The notes: generated by a model not told the origin, from the letters alone. Counted from the stretch's first letter, positions 11,519 to 23,965 are shown. The stretch is 28,034 nucleotides of DNA from Octopus sinensis (GCF_006345805.1 NW_021833551.1:1-28034); one strand, 5' to 3'. Translations and numbers: made by a program.

Positions 11519-12476
11519 GTACTTGTTATAGTTATCTCTATAGCTATTAAAAGTGCCCTGAACGGGGTATTGACTTATAAAAAAGTTTATTATATTTTAT
11601 AGTATATTACGGTTGCATAACGAAATACCGCGTACCTAGAAGTCATTGGCGTTTTTATTATTATCATAGATATATTCTAGTACTTTTTCTGAGTTTCCCC
11701 GTTTCATCCATACTTTGCAGAATTTTCGATTCCGAAAGTCATGCCAATATCATAACTAAAATTCTTACTGTTTGCACTCAGGAACTCAATTGGTTTTATC
11801 TTTGGCACAAAAGGGTACATCATCCATTTACAGGGCTGATTCATTCCAACCAATTCTTTCTCAATGAGTATCCTTACCTTTGTTTAGTAAACTCGACAAA
11901 GGAATCTGTGCAATTACACACAAGACGGGAGAAAGGTTTCGCCTTGAAATACCTTTTTATCTGCAATTTCTTTATTTCCCACAAGGGCAATACCTTTTTA
12001 TCTGCATCACAGCTAAGCTTTCCTTTCTTGGTGTTAGCTCTACGATCCAATGGCGTTATGTGTATTTTTAGCAGATATATAATCTTTTTCAATATCTCAA
12101 AGATCCACGAGTGTTGGACTAGATCGAATACTTTTCCATAATCGATAAAAACAATGCACAAATTAGTCGATCTTGGCCTGCAATTTCCCAGGATCTTCTT
12201 GTTGATCATTAATTAGTTCTTCGTCCCTCTGCTCTATTTATTTCAGATGTTCTGTTCACCATGCATTAAGTGTTTCTTATGTAGGTGTTGATATACCTCT
12301 TCCACAATTAACCCTATTAAGAGTTTTCTCGTAATTAGCAGACACGTAATTGGCTTGTAATTTGAGGCAGCATTTCCTTCAATTTGTTTGAAGGAAATCC
12401 TTGGATAGGAACTCTTTTAATTATATCACCATGGTTTCATGGAAGGTCGTAAACCCATTTATCCAGTACTTATGGA

Positions 12477-12650
<174 letters not shown>

Positions 12651-12996
12651 CTTTTTATCACAGGTTTTGTTGGAACTCCTGGAGTCATGTATGCGTATCG
12701 GGCTTACTACCTGCAGCCTACGGTACCATGCTCTCCATTCTTTCAGCTATCTAATACTCTCCTGATTATTCCGGCCGTGCCAAGGAGGCAAACCTTTTGT
12801 AACAGTTCTACTGGGCACTCTATTCCGATTTTCTTTATATTCTTGACACCTTCTGGTACTGTCTCCAAGAACCCAACAATAAGTGGCACCATCATCGTCA
12901 TCTTCATTTTCTATAGCCGGCCTATTTCGTACATAAAAGGGTTGTATTTATTAACTTTTTTGTCTTCCTTCTTGACAATTCGTGGGTCAAAGGGGC
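12651..12996 (-). mobile_element. R4/Dong-clade 3' end (RLE C-terminus + 3' UTR)
   Basis: 12994-12743 translates as PFDPRIVKKEDKKVNKYNPFMYEIGRL*KMKMTMMVPLIVGFLETVPEGVKNIKKIGIECPVELLQKVCLLGTAGIIRRVLDS*, with one TGG>TAG nonsense change; a ~90-nt UTR and (AAT)n follow. Confidence 0.92.
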
Positions 12997-13419
12997 GAAA
13001 CGAGTGAAATAAAGTTAGTTGACTATGTATATTCCTATATTCGTATATTCGTAAACACATCGTCCAGTGTTATTCCGGTATACTGGAACCTATTCCAGAA
13101 TTTCTAAGTCCTTGCACGAATCATTGACCTTACATTAGGTTCGTCTGTCCTTCTGACACATCGTATATTTTCTCCCGTTGAGTCTCTAGTAATCTTCACC
13201 ACCAGACAAGCTTAGAGAGGAAGCCGGTTTAGTCACTGACGATCCGACAATGCAACATGTTGTGCCGGACTATATGTTACCAGCTGCATTCGTGAGTAAC
13301 TTGACATAGGTATTAAAACGTTTCTCTTAAAGTAATATATCATAAAGGCATATATTGTTGATGGGGCATATATAAGGGTTGCTATAATTACATAGAAAAT
13401 GAGAGTTTTAGGTGTTTTT

Positions 13420-13545
13420 AGGAATCAGCGAATATTTTTGCGCAACTAGGACTCATTCTATAAAAGATCCTGTGATATCTATGTTCTGTTGGGAAATGCT
13501 CATTTATAAGGTTCAAGAAAACACTAGCAATACAGGAACAAATGT
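13420..13545 (-). mobile_element. Penelope-like element fragment
   Basis: IASVFLNLINEHFPTEHRYHRIF...SC resembles the PLE IG..FL.LI.KHFP..H..HKIFN...SYSC segment between RT and GIY-YIG. Confidence 0.55.
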
Positions 13546-13559
13546 TTAAACTATGGGAG

Positions 13560-14262
13560 GGGATATGTGATAAAGAAAAAACCTTCTCAATGGTCTGAAC
13601 CAAGAAAGCACAGGTACCCGCATGTGGCTTGACAGTGAATGGAACTGGGATAGAGAAGAAGGACAGTTTCATAAATCTGGGAAGTTGGATAGCATCAGAT
13701 GGAAGGTCAGATAAGGACATCAAGTGCGGAACTGGATTAGCAGAGGAGATTTTTATGGGTATGAGGAGGATTTTTTGTGGAAAGAGAATTGGAATGGAAG
13801 TCAAGAAAAGACTATTGAAGTGCTACATCATCTGGTCGGTGCTAACGTGTGGATGTCTTGGATGATAAGAAAAGCCATGGAGATGAGAATCAAAGCTGCA
13901 GAAATGTGGTTTTATAGAAAAATGCTTAGAATCTATTTCGTGGGTCAAGAGGGTGACGAATGTGGAAGTGTTGGAGAAGATGGAAGTGAAGAGACAGTTG
14001 ATGGATTTTATCAGAGAGAGACAGTGGAGATTTGTTGGTCATTTTCTCGGAGAGGGTGACGGAATGGAGCGTTACATGGTGGAGACTGAGGTGGTGGGAA
14101 GGAGGGCGAGAGGAAGGCAGCAGAGAATGACGATGTTTGACTGGATGAAGAAGAGAATGAAAGTGCAGAGCGAGAAAGACCCGGGGGATGTTGCGAGAGA
14201 CAGAAATAAACGGAGGAGGAACAAGCCATGATTCGTCAAAGGCTTGAATATGCCAAGACACA

Positions 14263-14307
<45 letters not shown>

Positions 14308-14320
14308 TGTGAGAGAGAGA
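13560..14320 (+). mobile_element. RTE-clade LINE 3' fragment with (GA)n tail
   Basis: Frameshifted SFINLGSWIASDGRSDKDIK, LLKCYIIWSVL, RIKAAEMWFYRKMLRI, TNVEVL, IRERQWRFVGH, GRRARGRQ; (AG)n at 14263-14320. Confidence 0.9.
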
Positions 14321-14379
14321 ATATATAAGATACATCATTTAGTTTCTTAGGTTTTTTTTTCTATTTATATACGTATATT

Positions 14380-14695
14380 GTGGAGGCGCAATGGCCTAGT
14401 GGTTAGGGCAGCGGACTCGCAGTCGTAGGATCGCGGTTTCGATTCCCAGACCGGGCGTTGTGAGTGTTTATTGAGCGAAAACACCTAAAAGCTCCACGAG
14501 GCTCCGACAGGTGGGGGGGGGGGTGATCCCTGATGTACTCTTTCACCACTTTTCCCATTTCTTTCTTCTGTTGGCCTGCTCGCTTAGCCAGTGGGGTGGC
14601 GTCATTCAAAGGCTAAAACAATGCGAACACATTGTGACCAGCGATGTGTAACTACATCTGATGGACTGGTCGGTCACGTGATGGTGATAGTGATG
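14380..14695 (+). mobile_element. tRNA(Arg)-like SINE (head A + tail 2) with 13-bp TSD
   Basis: Head A as at 7908; (GTGAT)-type tail; ATATACGTATATT duplicated at 14367-14379 and 14696-14708. Confidence 0.93.
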
Positions 14696-15132
14696 ATATA
14701 CGTATATTTTTAGTATCGTTGTTTATGATTTGTATTTGTCATTACAGTTATTACCTTATCATTCATTGTTATAGAAAGGACAGCAAGGTTATCCTTACAG
14801 GATAAGCTGCATATTCTGTTATTAATGTTATAAACTAGTTTCCAAAGATTATCTGAGGATAGTCTAGTTTATACGAATATGCTGCAATTTCTCGTCAACT
14901 TTTCCATACATGCGGTAATTACAAGTATAGATAAAGAATTAATTATGCTTCGATCCGCTCATCCTACAATCTTAAACATGATCAAGTTAAACTCCTTTCT
15001 CAGAGTATACCTTCAATGATTCGTCTATCATCACAGTAAAGCGCAAAACACGCGGACCATCGGTGAAAATAAATAATTACAAAATTCTGTAAGATTACTC
15101 ATAGCTATTTTTTTTAGGAGAATGGCTACTAA

Positions 15133-15654
15133 TCTATATATATAAAACTATAGTTGTGTGAGTGTCTGTCCCCTTCGATTTAGATTCCTAACTACTCCCA
15201 CATTTTGCGGTGAGTTTAACCGAATTCGGGTATCTTATAGTCGGGATTCATATCGAGCCTGTCTGAGTATTAGCGCGCATCTACGATGAGTCTACGATTT
15301 AAAAAATAATTTAACATCATTTTTTTATCCATTTTAATGCATAATTTTTTGTGTGTCGATGGCGGTGGAGTTGGCGTCCATGGTAACACCTGCACCTGTT
15401 TGCTTCTCCCCCTTCTTCCCTCCCTCGTGAAGCTGTGGGGAAGGGAGTGTAAGGAATCAACGTCGTAAAGCGTTGTCAAGGAGACCAGCGTTCTTTTAGA
15501 CAAGACGACTTCATGGCTTGAAGACAACCAAAATTACCATCATTTTTTTCCATTTTTAATGCATTTTTTTGCTATTTTTTTGCTATTACTCACTAAAAAT
15601 GCTTATATAGTTATTTCCCTTACAAACCCGAGCAACGCCGGGCGATACTGCTAG
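15133..15654 (+). mobile_element. Non-autonomous Helitron (522 bp)
   Basis: Inserted between A (15132) and T (15655); 5' TC(TATATATATAAAA); 3' hairpin CCCGAGCAACGCCGGG (15627-42) followed by CTAG (15651-54). Confidence 0.85.
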
Positions 15655-16187
15655 TAAATAATAAATAATTTCTGACTTCTGAGATAATCGGATGAGACCA
15701 AGCTTCAAATGACTTAAGCTGATGTTTGTTTCATCATGAAAATACAGGTTGATACAGGTCGCACACTCACAAACGTTTACTGTTTAATCTATCACTCCAT
15801 AACTGTCTTATCAAAGTAGAATCTTTCTTTTTTCTTTTTCTGTTCTCGTTGGTCACCTGGTCTTTATTTTCCAGTTGGACATCCAGTGATAGACATAAGT
15901 TCTTTTCTCGCGGGCAGAACTCTTCTTTTGATCATGGAGAGGCAAAGCTCGTCTTACGGTCGTTCAGAACACATTGACACCCATTACTTTCTATTATTAT
16001 TTTGTCTGTGAACGCAACAGATATTTTCAGCCTTCAGTTTAATCGTTCTTTGTTTCATTGTGAATTAAAAAAATATTTATACAAATAAAAAGATTTAAAA
16101 TTTTCTAGTCAATCCACTTCACTTCCATGACTGATGGCTACTTATATTATTAATCAGAGACCTGATAAAATATTAAACTGACTATAG

Positions 16188-16370
<183 letters not shown>

Positions 16371-16522
16371 CATTGGTAGGCCATTAAACTAAACTCACTA
16401 GTTCGTTCATTTTTTTTTAAGTTAAATTAAAATACATGGGTAGTAATAGTTCTCACATCGACAATGCTCTTCTCAACACGTGTGATGTACCAGTTAAGAC
16501 AATCTTATTATCATTATTATTA

Positions 16523-16592
<70 letters not shown>

Positions 16593-16594
<2 letters not shown>

Positions 16595-16800
16595 AGCAGC
16601 GAGCTGGCAGATTCGTTAAGCATACCTGACAAAATGCTTTGCGGCATTTCGTCCGTTGTGAGTTCAAAATGCCGCCAAGGTCGACTTTACCTTTCGTCCT
16701 TTGGGGCTCGATGAAATAACTACCAGATGAGCACTGCGGTTGATGCAATCGAGTAGCCCCTCCCCTCAAATTTCAGGCCTTGTGCATATAGTAGAGAGGA
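16593..16800 (+). mobile_element. SINE family D
   Basis: GCAGCGAGCTGGCAGA...GAGTTCAAAATGCCGCCAAGGTCGACTTTACCTTTCGTCCTTTGGGG...; flanked by ATT repeats. Confidence 0.85.
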
Positions 16801-16889
16801 TTATTATTTTTTTTTCATTATATGTAAATCCCAACACTATATATCTGTTTTGTATTATCCCCCTTATCCTTCGCCCTGGTAACAAATGA

Positions 16890-17051
16890 ACGAAATCATC
16901 ATCATCATCATCATCATCACCTTCATCATCACCATCATCATCACCATCATCATCACCATCATTATTATTATTATTATTATTATTATTAAAATCATTATTA
17001 TTATCATTATTGTTATTATTATCATTATTATTATTATTATCATTATTATTA

Positions 17052-17118
<67 letters not shown>

Positions 17119-17128
17119 CATCATCATT
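16890..17128. repeat. (ATC)n/(ATT)n compound microsatellite
   Basis: Direct observation. Confidence 0.97.
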
Positions 17129-17387
17129 CCACATCCTTTATTCAAGTAACCAGGTTCAGATAAAATCCATGTTAAATCCAGAAGTTAATATATTTTTTTA
17201 ATTATTCCCTTCAGTTCATATAATCTTTATATTTCTAATTAAACTAATCCTTTTTTTCATAAGCATTGTCTTTCCATTAGCGCAGTCTCTCATTATCTCC
17301 AACGGTCGTCTACACACCCGTGCACATATAGACGCGCATGCATATGCATTCATACAAATATATATATACATATATAAAAACACATTC

Positions 17388-17432
<45 letters not shown>

Positions 17433-18059
17433 CATATAGCTCGTGAGCTGAAACTAATAAAATAAAAAAATAAATAATATATATATATATATATATATAT
17501 CAAATGCCTGTATATATATGTGGTGTGTAAGGGTTTTTGCCTGTCTCAACCTGTACTGACATCAGCGAGACACTGTAACCTTATTTTGGACATGGTTTAA
17601 GCCACAACTCCAGCACTAGCCTTAATATTAATTCATTAAAAGAAATTTTAAATGTGCCTCTTCTGCTTAACATCTAAAAATTAACCCAAACACATCCCAG
17701 CCCATCCGGTTGATATTATGGGTATTACGGATTTGGGGTGTATTATGTGCGGCCTATCACATGTTGATGAGTCTTTCATAGTCACCTCCTTTGACATCAA
17801 AACATTAAGACAGATATTTGAGGACTTTGCTATTAGCATATGCCCAGACCACACTCTACTGTGATTTGTGAATGTATATAAATCTAAGCTTTCTCGGGTG
17901 AGAGAGCAAGAGGAATCAAGAAAATTAAAAGAGTAAATAAAAATATGAAATAGCTAGAATTTTATCAGAAGCATCATTAGTATTCTGCAACAAAAACGTT
18001 TGAATCAAACGATAGCAGCGTCGTATCAATTTTTGGAGAAGCATTAATACTCATAGACA

Positions 18060-18700
18060 CATAGTAGTTTAATGGAGTATTAAGAAAACTAGACCAATCG
18101 CTCAAAATATTCTATTCATTTTCCAAAGAAATATACGTAAAGCACATAAAACCTACAGTCAACACCCCAATGGTTTTTCGTTGTAAGTGCATGGTCAATC
18201 AACGGGAGAAAGGCATAGTTGTATGACTAATGTAGCAAAGAACTAATATGATACACAACTTTCAATGTAAACATGAAATGTATAAACTTTATGACTCTGT
18301 TACACGCGAAGAAACGCCAGAACGACACTTTACCATAGGTTAGTCATGCATTCACAATGGAACAAAAATAACAGAATATATTAAACGAAATATAATTATA
18401 TGGGGAAAATAACGTTATTTGGCAACACTACAATAACTACAAAAATAACTCAAAAAAATTCACCCGTAGCAATATATAAGTCAAACATCAAAACCCTGAA
18501 ATATTCGATGAGTTCTACCAGGACTTAATCACTGCTAATTTCCAAATGCAGTGAAGAGAATTTTATCAGTTATACCAGTGTCCCAACAATCATTTGGGAG
18601 CTACTGAAAAGCATGTGTACACCACCCACGCCATTACTGACAACATTTCATTCTGACGATGAGGCAATTAAGGGTTTGAAACGTTGCTTGGTTGTGGATT
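18060..18700 (+). mobile_element. Possible very decayed Penelope-like GIY-YIG end with a hammerhead-like relic
   Basis: Weak words QRTNMIHNFQC (cf. SNVIY.F.C) and ERHFTI, followed by CTGACGA...GAAACGTT at 18653-18685. Confidence 0.3.
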
Positions 18701-18862
18701 TAGAACAATTACGAAACATCCTAAAGAATCTATTAAACTCGAACGTAATTGTGTCTTTGATATGTACGCATGTTTGCCTGCCTGTCTGTATGTATTTACA
18801 GAAAAAAATTTCATCAAAAAGTGGCAGCATATTAAAATACCTTTAAAGGTTAAAATTATAAA

Positions 18863-19227
18863 CAACTTATGAACAAGGGCCCAAGAAAATTATTTCCATG
18901 CCAATATGCTGATAACAGACTTTGAGATCGTCAATTTCCACATATTATTATATACCCACTACAGAAATACGTTGTGCTGAAATCATATATTTCTTACTCG
19001 TATTTTCTACTGAAGAGGGAAAAATCTATGAGATTAATTCCCAAATTTATTCAATAAAGAAGTAACGAACGTTTTAAAAAAAAATCTTGTTGACTAGCTT
19101 TCCTCGATTTCAGTACTACGTATTTCTGTGGTGGGTATATAATAACATGTGGAAATCGACGATTTAAAAGTCTGTTATCAATATATTGGCATGGAAATAA
19201 TTTTTATTTGCCCTTGTTTATAAGTTG
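18863..19227. mobile_element. MITE with ~120-bp TIRs (Tc1/mariner-like)
   Basis: CAACTTATGAACAAGGG...GCTGAAATC on the left is mirrored by GATTTCAGTAC...CCCTTGTTTATAAGTTG on the right; TA follows the right end. Confidence 0.8.
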
Positions 19228-19267
19228 TATGTATATATATATATATAAATGCGATATATATATATAT

Positions 19268-19454
19268 AAGACCATTTGCATTTTTTTCCCCTCTGTCCTC
19301 CCACCTCGGGATCTTTCTTTCTCCTATGTTTCCGACGAAGATCTCCGCTCGAAGCGTCATACCCTCCTTCTTCCCTTCTTTCCTGAGCGCCCAATAATAC
19401 TTTTTTTGTTCCATATCCTCGCGTTGTTGTCTTTTTGTTTTCTTGTTTGGATTA

Positions 19455-19457
<3 letters not shown>
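19268..19457 (+). mobile_element. Hammerhead-bearing short element in (TA)n (family E), core mutated
   Basis: GTTT-CCGACGA-A-GATCTCCGCTC-GAAGC-GTC-ATAC (19328-19362; U4>C, GAAA>GAAG); ends GTTTGGATTAACT + (TA)n; homologous to 20130-20340. Confidence 0.75.
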
Positions 19458-19497
<40 letters not shown>

Positions 19498-19555
19498 TGT
19501 GTATGTATATATATATATGTGTGTATGTATGCATGTATGTATTAATGTATGTATG

Positions 19556-19611
<56 letters not shown>

Positions 19612-19621
19612 TATATCTATA

Positions 19622-19922
19622 TAAAGTAGTTTTTAGAGACAGAACCACCCTCAAGTCAATCAACATTGAAAGACATCAAACCCGAGCGAGCCATAAAATA
19701 TTAACTATGATACTTGCTGTGTCTGTTCAGAATCCCATACTTTCCATTTTAAAGACAACGCGTGTTTTTTGACAGTATGTCGGTATTGTGAGATATAAGG
19801 TCTCTAGTTTCAATACTAAGATAAAGTAAGTATTATACTTAATTTTTATATAGCCGGTCGAGTATAATATCTTTCAATGTTGATTGAGCTGAGGATGGTT
19901 CTATCTCTAAAACTACTTTTAT
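19622..19922. mobile_element. MITE with ~52-bp TIRs inserted in (TA)n
   Basis: TAAAGTAGTTTTTAGAGACAGAACCACCCTC...CAACATTGAAAGA versus TCTTTCAATGTTG...GGTTCTATCTCTAAAACTACTTTTA. Confidence 0.8.
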
Positions 19923-19964
19923 ATATATGAATAAAGTATTGTGAGAAATTCATTTTAGTATCTT

Positions 19965-19996
<32 letters not shown>

Positions 19997-20129
19997 TCCG
20001 AAATTGTGTAATATGTATAGAATAATATATATATGTATAGAATAATATATATATAATATATATAATATATATATAATAATAATATATATGTATAATTTAT
20101 TATATATATATATATATGTATATATATAT

Positions 20130-20337
20130 AGTTAATCCAAACATGAACAAAGAGAAAACACAACGCGAGGGCGTGGAACAAGTATAGTGTTATTGGACGC
20201 TCAGGAAAGGAAAGAAAGGAGAAGGATTTAACGTTTCGAACTGAGCTCTTCGTCAGAAACATAGAAAAAGGAAAGCTCCAAGGAAGGGAAACCGGAGGAA
20301 GAAAATCGCCAACGATACACAACGCGGGTCACATAAT

Positions 20338-20340
<3 letters not shown>
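20130..20340 (-). mobile_element. Hammerhead-bearing short element in (TA)n (family E), intact copy
   Basis: Inverted homologue of 19268-19457; ends GTTTGGATTAACT + (TA)n on the minus strand. Confidence 0.8.
20226..20260 (-). ncRNA. Minimal type I hammerhead ribozyme (Penelope-type)
   Basis: Minus strand GUUU-CUGACGA-A-GAGC-uca-GUUC-GAAAC-GUU/AAAU: all core nucleotides present, palindromic ACGU minimal stem III, predicted cleavage between 20230 and 20229. Confidence 0.72.
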
Positions 20341-20423
<83 letters not shown>

Positions 20424-20508
20424 ATATATATAAATAATATATATATCATTGAATGAAATGTGTAAATAATGGTCCATTTGAATAAGTTTCACTGTTTTTT
20501 TTTTTTTG

Positions 20509-20680
20509 CAATGTTGAAGTGTGTTAAACATTAAAAAAAATATTTAGTAATGTTCATACGTTCGTAGTAATCATCAGTAAATTTTGAATTCTGATGATTC
20601 CTTCGGACGCCTGAAAGCGTTAATTGAACTTTATGAACGTTACTAAATATGTTTTTAACGTCTGACACAATTCAACATTG
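20509..20680. mobile_element. Fold-back element / MITE relic with ~50-bp inverted repeats
   Basis: CAATGTTGAAGTGTGTTAAACATT...TATTTAGTAATGTTCATA (20509-58) versus TATGAACGTTACTAAATA...CACAATTCAACATTG (20632-80). Confidence 0.7.
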
Positions 20681-20757
20681 TGAAAATTTTTTTAAAAAAT
20701 ACAATAATAAAAAAACGTGCAAACCAGTCTATGTTGTAACTTTATTCAACTGATAGT

Positions 20758-21148
20758 TGTGTGGTTGTATGGTAAGTAGCTTGCTTACCAACCACATGGT
20801 TCAAGGTTCAGTGTCACTGCGTGGCACCTTGGGCAAGTGTCTTTTACTATAGCCTCGGGCCGACCAAAGCCTTGTGAGTGGATTTAGTAGACGGAAACTG
20901 AAAGAAGCCCGTCGTATATATGTATATATGTATATATATATATGTGTGTGTTTGTTTGTCTATGTTTGTTCACCCATAAATTGACAACCGATGCTGGTGT
21001 GTTTACGTCCCCGTCTTTTAGCAGTTCGGCAAAAGAGACCGATAGAATAAGTACTAGGCTTGCAAAGAATAAGTCCTGGGGCCGATTTGGTCGACTAAAG
21101 ACGGTGCTCCAGCATGGCCGCAGTCAAATGACTGAAGCAAATAAAAGA
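20758..21148 (+). mobile_element. SINE family B
   Basis: Matches 9988-10385 throughout, including the internal TA/TG tract and the CAGTCAAATGACTGAA tail. Confidence 0.92.
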
Positions 21149-21149
<1 letters not shown>

Positions 21150-21179
<30 letters not shown>

Positions 21180-21185
21180 TTTATG

Positions 21186-21217
<32 letters not shown>

Positions 21218-21274
21218 TGTATGTATGCATGTATCTATCTACCTATCAATCTATCTATCTATCTATCTATCTTT

Positions 21275-21306
<32 letters not shown>

Positions 21307-21390
21307 TTCTCTATCTATCTATCTATCTATCTATCTCTATCTATCTATCTATCTATCTATCCATCTATTTGTCTATCTATCTATCTAGTT
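21150..21390. repeat. (TA)n(TATG)n(TATC)n(TC)n compound microsatellite
   Basis: Direct observation. Confidence 0.95.
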
Positions 21391-21548
21391 GCATATCTAC
21401 CCATCTCGTCTAAATGTAATATTCATCTAAGCCTGTAAATCTATCTGTCCATCTAGCTATGCGTCTATCGATCTACCTATTCATCCCCCTATCCCCTATC
21501 TACTGTTTTATGCATCTGTTTATTGATCTCCTCGTCTTATTTTTCCAG

Positions 21549-21637
21549 GAAATTCATTGAACTTCCTCAATGCTGGATGCACACTGGATTTACTCTAAGT
21601 CACCGTTAATGCTGCTACGGTGGGCTCAGAGCGGAAG
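21549..21637 (+). other. Candidate 89-nt exon (non-coding or first coding exon)
   Basis: Acceptor TCTTATTTTTCCAG|G and donor AAG|GTAAGG; all three frames contain a stop; an ATG at 21609 would give MLLRWAQSG. Confidence 0.25.
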
Positions 21638-21850
21638 GTAAGGCGCAACTTTGGCATCCTTTATTTCGCACTACACACACACTCAAACAGACACACACAC
21701 ACTCAAACAAACACACACTCACAAACAGACACACACACATGCAAACCCTTTGTCTTTCTCTCTCTCAACATTATAGTTTATCACGTATAACTTACCCTCT
21801 TGTAGAAACAATTTGAATGCGTGTGCGTGTATGCATATGAGAGTGTGTGT

Positions 21851-21889
<39 letters not shown>

Positions 21890-21900
21890 TGTGTGTGTGC

Positions 21901-22245
<345 letters not shown>

Positions 22246-22727
22246 TGTATGTGTGTATGTGTTTGTACGTCTGTACACGTATTCTCATTTATACATACAT
22301 ATAGAAATCGACACATACATAAATATAACTATACGCATACATAAACATACATATAAATACATACACATACACACACACACCTTGTATAAATGTTTAATGG
22401 AAGCAAGCAATAATCACCGTTAATCTTATTAAACCTGATAAGTCATATAAGGTACCTTCCGATGATGTCAAATGTAAGGAGATATCGTAAGTATATCCAT
22501 CTATTTATCCATCTAATCATCTGTCAGTCTGTTTGCCTGTCTGACCTTTTATCTACCCATCAATTTACCAATCTGTCTTCTTGTCTGTGTGTCGATGTAA
22601 CCGTAATTCTATCAATGCGTTAGCCTCACTGAAGTTTAATCTACCAATCCATCTTAGAAATTAACTTGGGAGGTCATGTAACATATATTCCACTGTCTAA
22701 TGTAACAAGATATTGTATATCTATCAA

Positions 22728-22733
22728 TCTATA

Positions 22734-22792
<59 letters not shown>

Positions 22793-22980
22793 AAATATAT
22801 CTATCTAGTTAGCTAGCTAGCGACCGACCGACCTACCTACCTATTTAATCTAATGTAACTTGATATAGTATATCCATCCATCCATTCGTCCGTACATACA
22901 TACGTCCATCAATCCATAGATCCATCTATTCATCCATCCACCCATCCATCCATCCATCCATCCATCCATCCATCCAACTG
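22728..22980. repeat. (TATC)n, graded TAGC/GACC/TACC units and (CCAT)n
   Basis: Direct observation. Confidence 0.9.
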
Positions 22981-23089
22981 AGTCTAATTGAAAGAAAAAG
23001 TAGTTTAGAGCCATTTGGCGTCTTCTTCTAGCATGTGGCATTACTCGGTAATCGCCCTTATATTTATAAAATTATATACTTTATATATA

Positions 23090-23125
<36 letters not shown>

Positions 23126-23185
23126 TGTATGTATGTATGTATGTATGTATGTATATATGTATATATGTATGTATGTATGCATACA

Positions 23186-23519
23186 CTAGCAGAAGTACCC
23201 GGTGTTGCTCGGCATCGAAAGACTAAAATGCTTTTGATACTTAGTAAATTTCCTATGTTATAAAGAACGCTAGCGCCAAATTGTAACAAAATTGTTACAA
23301 AATTGTCGCAAACTGTAAAAAAATTGGTCGCCGCGTACCGCTGAAGCCAAAGGGTAACAGTTTGATACGATGCCCTGAGGGCGTTCTCAGATGATGTAAC
23401 AATCACGGGTGAAGTAGCCCTGAAAAGGCTTTTTTTGTCGTTCTCACAGCGGTAGAAATTTGATGAGAAGCCTACTTCCTAATACATGCACCACTCCACC
23501 ATACACAGATACATAGAGA
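23186..23519 (-). mobile_element. Non-autonomous Helitron (3' end clear, 5' end tentative)
   Basis: Minus strand GCCGAGCAACACCGGGTACTTCTG-CTAG|T; the hairpin and terminus resemble the 15133-15654 element. Possible A|TC 5' end at ~23519. Confidence 0.65.
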
Positions 23520-23598
23520 TACACCTTAAATATGAACAGCTTCCAGTTAGAGTTCTCCAGGAGAACCCCAAATGCTGGATGGTGTCACTATTGCCATA

Positions 23599-23965
23599 GA
23601 TATCTCATTACGATCACATATATTTCAACATCATAAGCGGAAAGTGTAACCTCTCGAAAGAGCTGGTCTTCACTCCTGCTCCAGAGCGTCGGTTGCGGGG
23701 TCACTCCGAAAAGCTCTATCTGCGACGATTTCATCTCAATCGAAGGAGAGGGGCTTTCTCCGTCCGGGTTGCGGATTCGTGGAATAAGCTGCCAGACGAG
23801 ATGGTGAAGATGCCGACGACCGCTCGGTTCAAAGTCTCCCTTGACCAGAATTGGCCTGAACTCTTTGCATGAACACCACCCTGTACATAACTCCATGTCC
23901 CCCTACATGGCCTTGCTTTTTGCTTTTTGAGCCAAAAAATTAACTTAACTTAACTTAACTTAACA
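23599..23965 (+). mobile_element. CR1-clade LINE 3' end with (TAACT)n tail
   Basis: 23624-23872 encodes FNIISGKCNLSKELVFTPAPERRLRGHSEKLYLRRFHLNRRRGAFSVRVADSWNKLPDEMVKMPTTARFKVSLDQNWPELFA* (LRGH..KL / FS.RV...WN.LP / FK..LD motifs); TTAAC repeats at ~23939-23965. Confidence 0.92.

Larger units (their letters stand above)
9494..12470 (-). mobile_element. R4/Dong-clade non-LTR retrotransposon (RT + CCHC finger + RLE endonuclease), 5'-truncated, pseudogenised and interrupted
   Basis: Collinear motifs on the minus strand: SNYKPITCL (~12350), SRGTK, FIDYGKVFDLVQHSWI (~12140), FQG (~11945), MDD (~11822), VQTVRIFSYDIGMTFGIE, KKILKPNWNAGSLI, EQALRVKWTK...CRMS...IVSECPQLSQNECKLCRH/DEVSATMHW, LRLLWNF, LNIAVLDQKDK, AQKICLRG (~9590). 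Confidence 0.9.

Noticed and set aside
15875-16010. Possible exon after TTTATTTTCCAG
   Set aside because: There is no convincing donor and no recognisable peptide.
20572-20620. CTGATGA...GAAA as a hammerhead
   Set aside because: There is no G10.1-C11.1 stem II or NUH site with stems I and III; CTGATGATT is simply the partner of AATCATCAG within a fold-back element.
22452-22492. Possible micro-exon ending at C|GTAAGT
   Set aside because: The donor is good but the acceptor lacks a polypyrimidine tract, and the peptide is unrecognisable.
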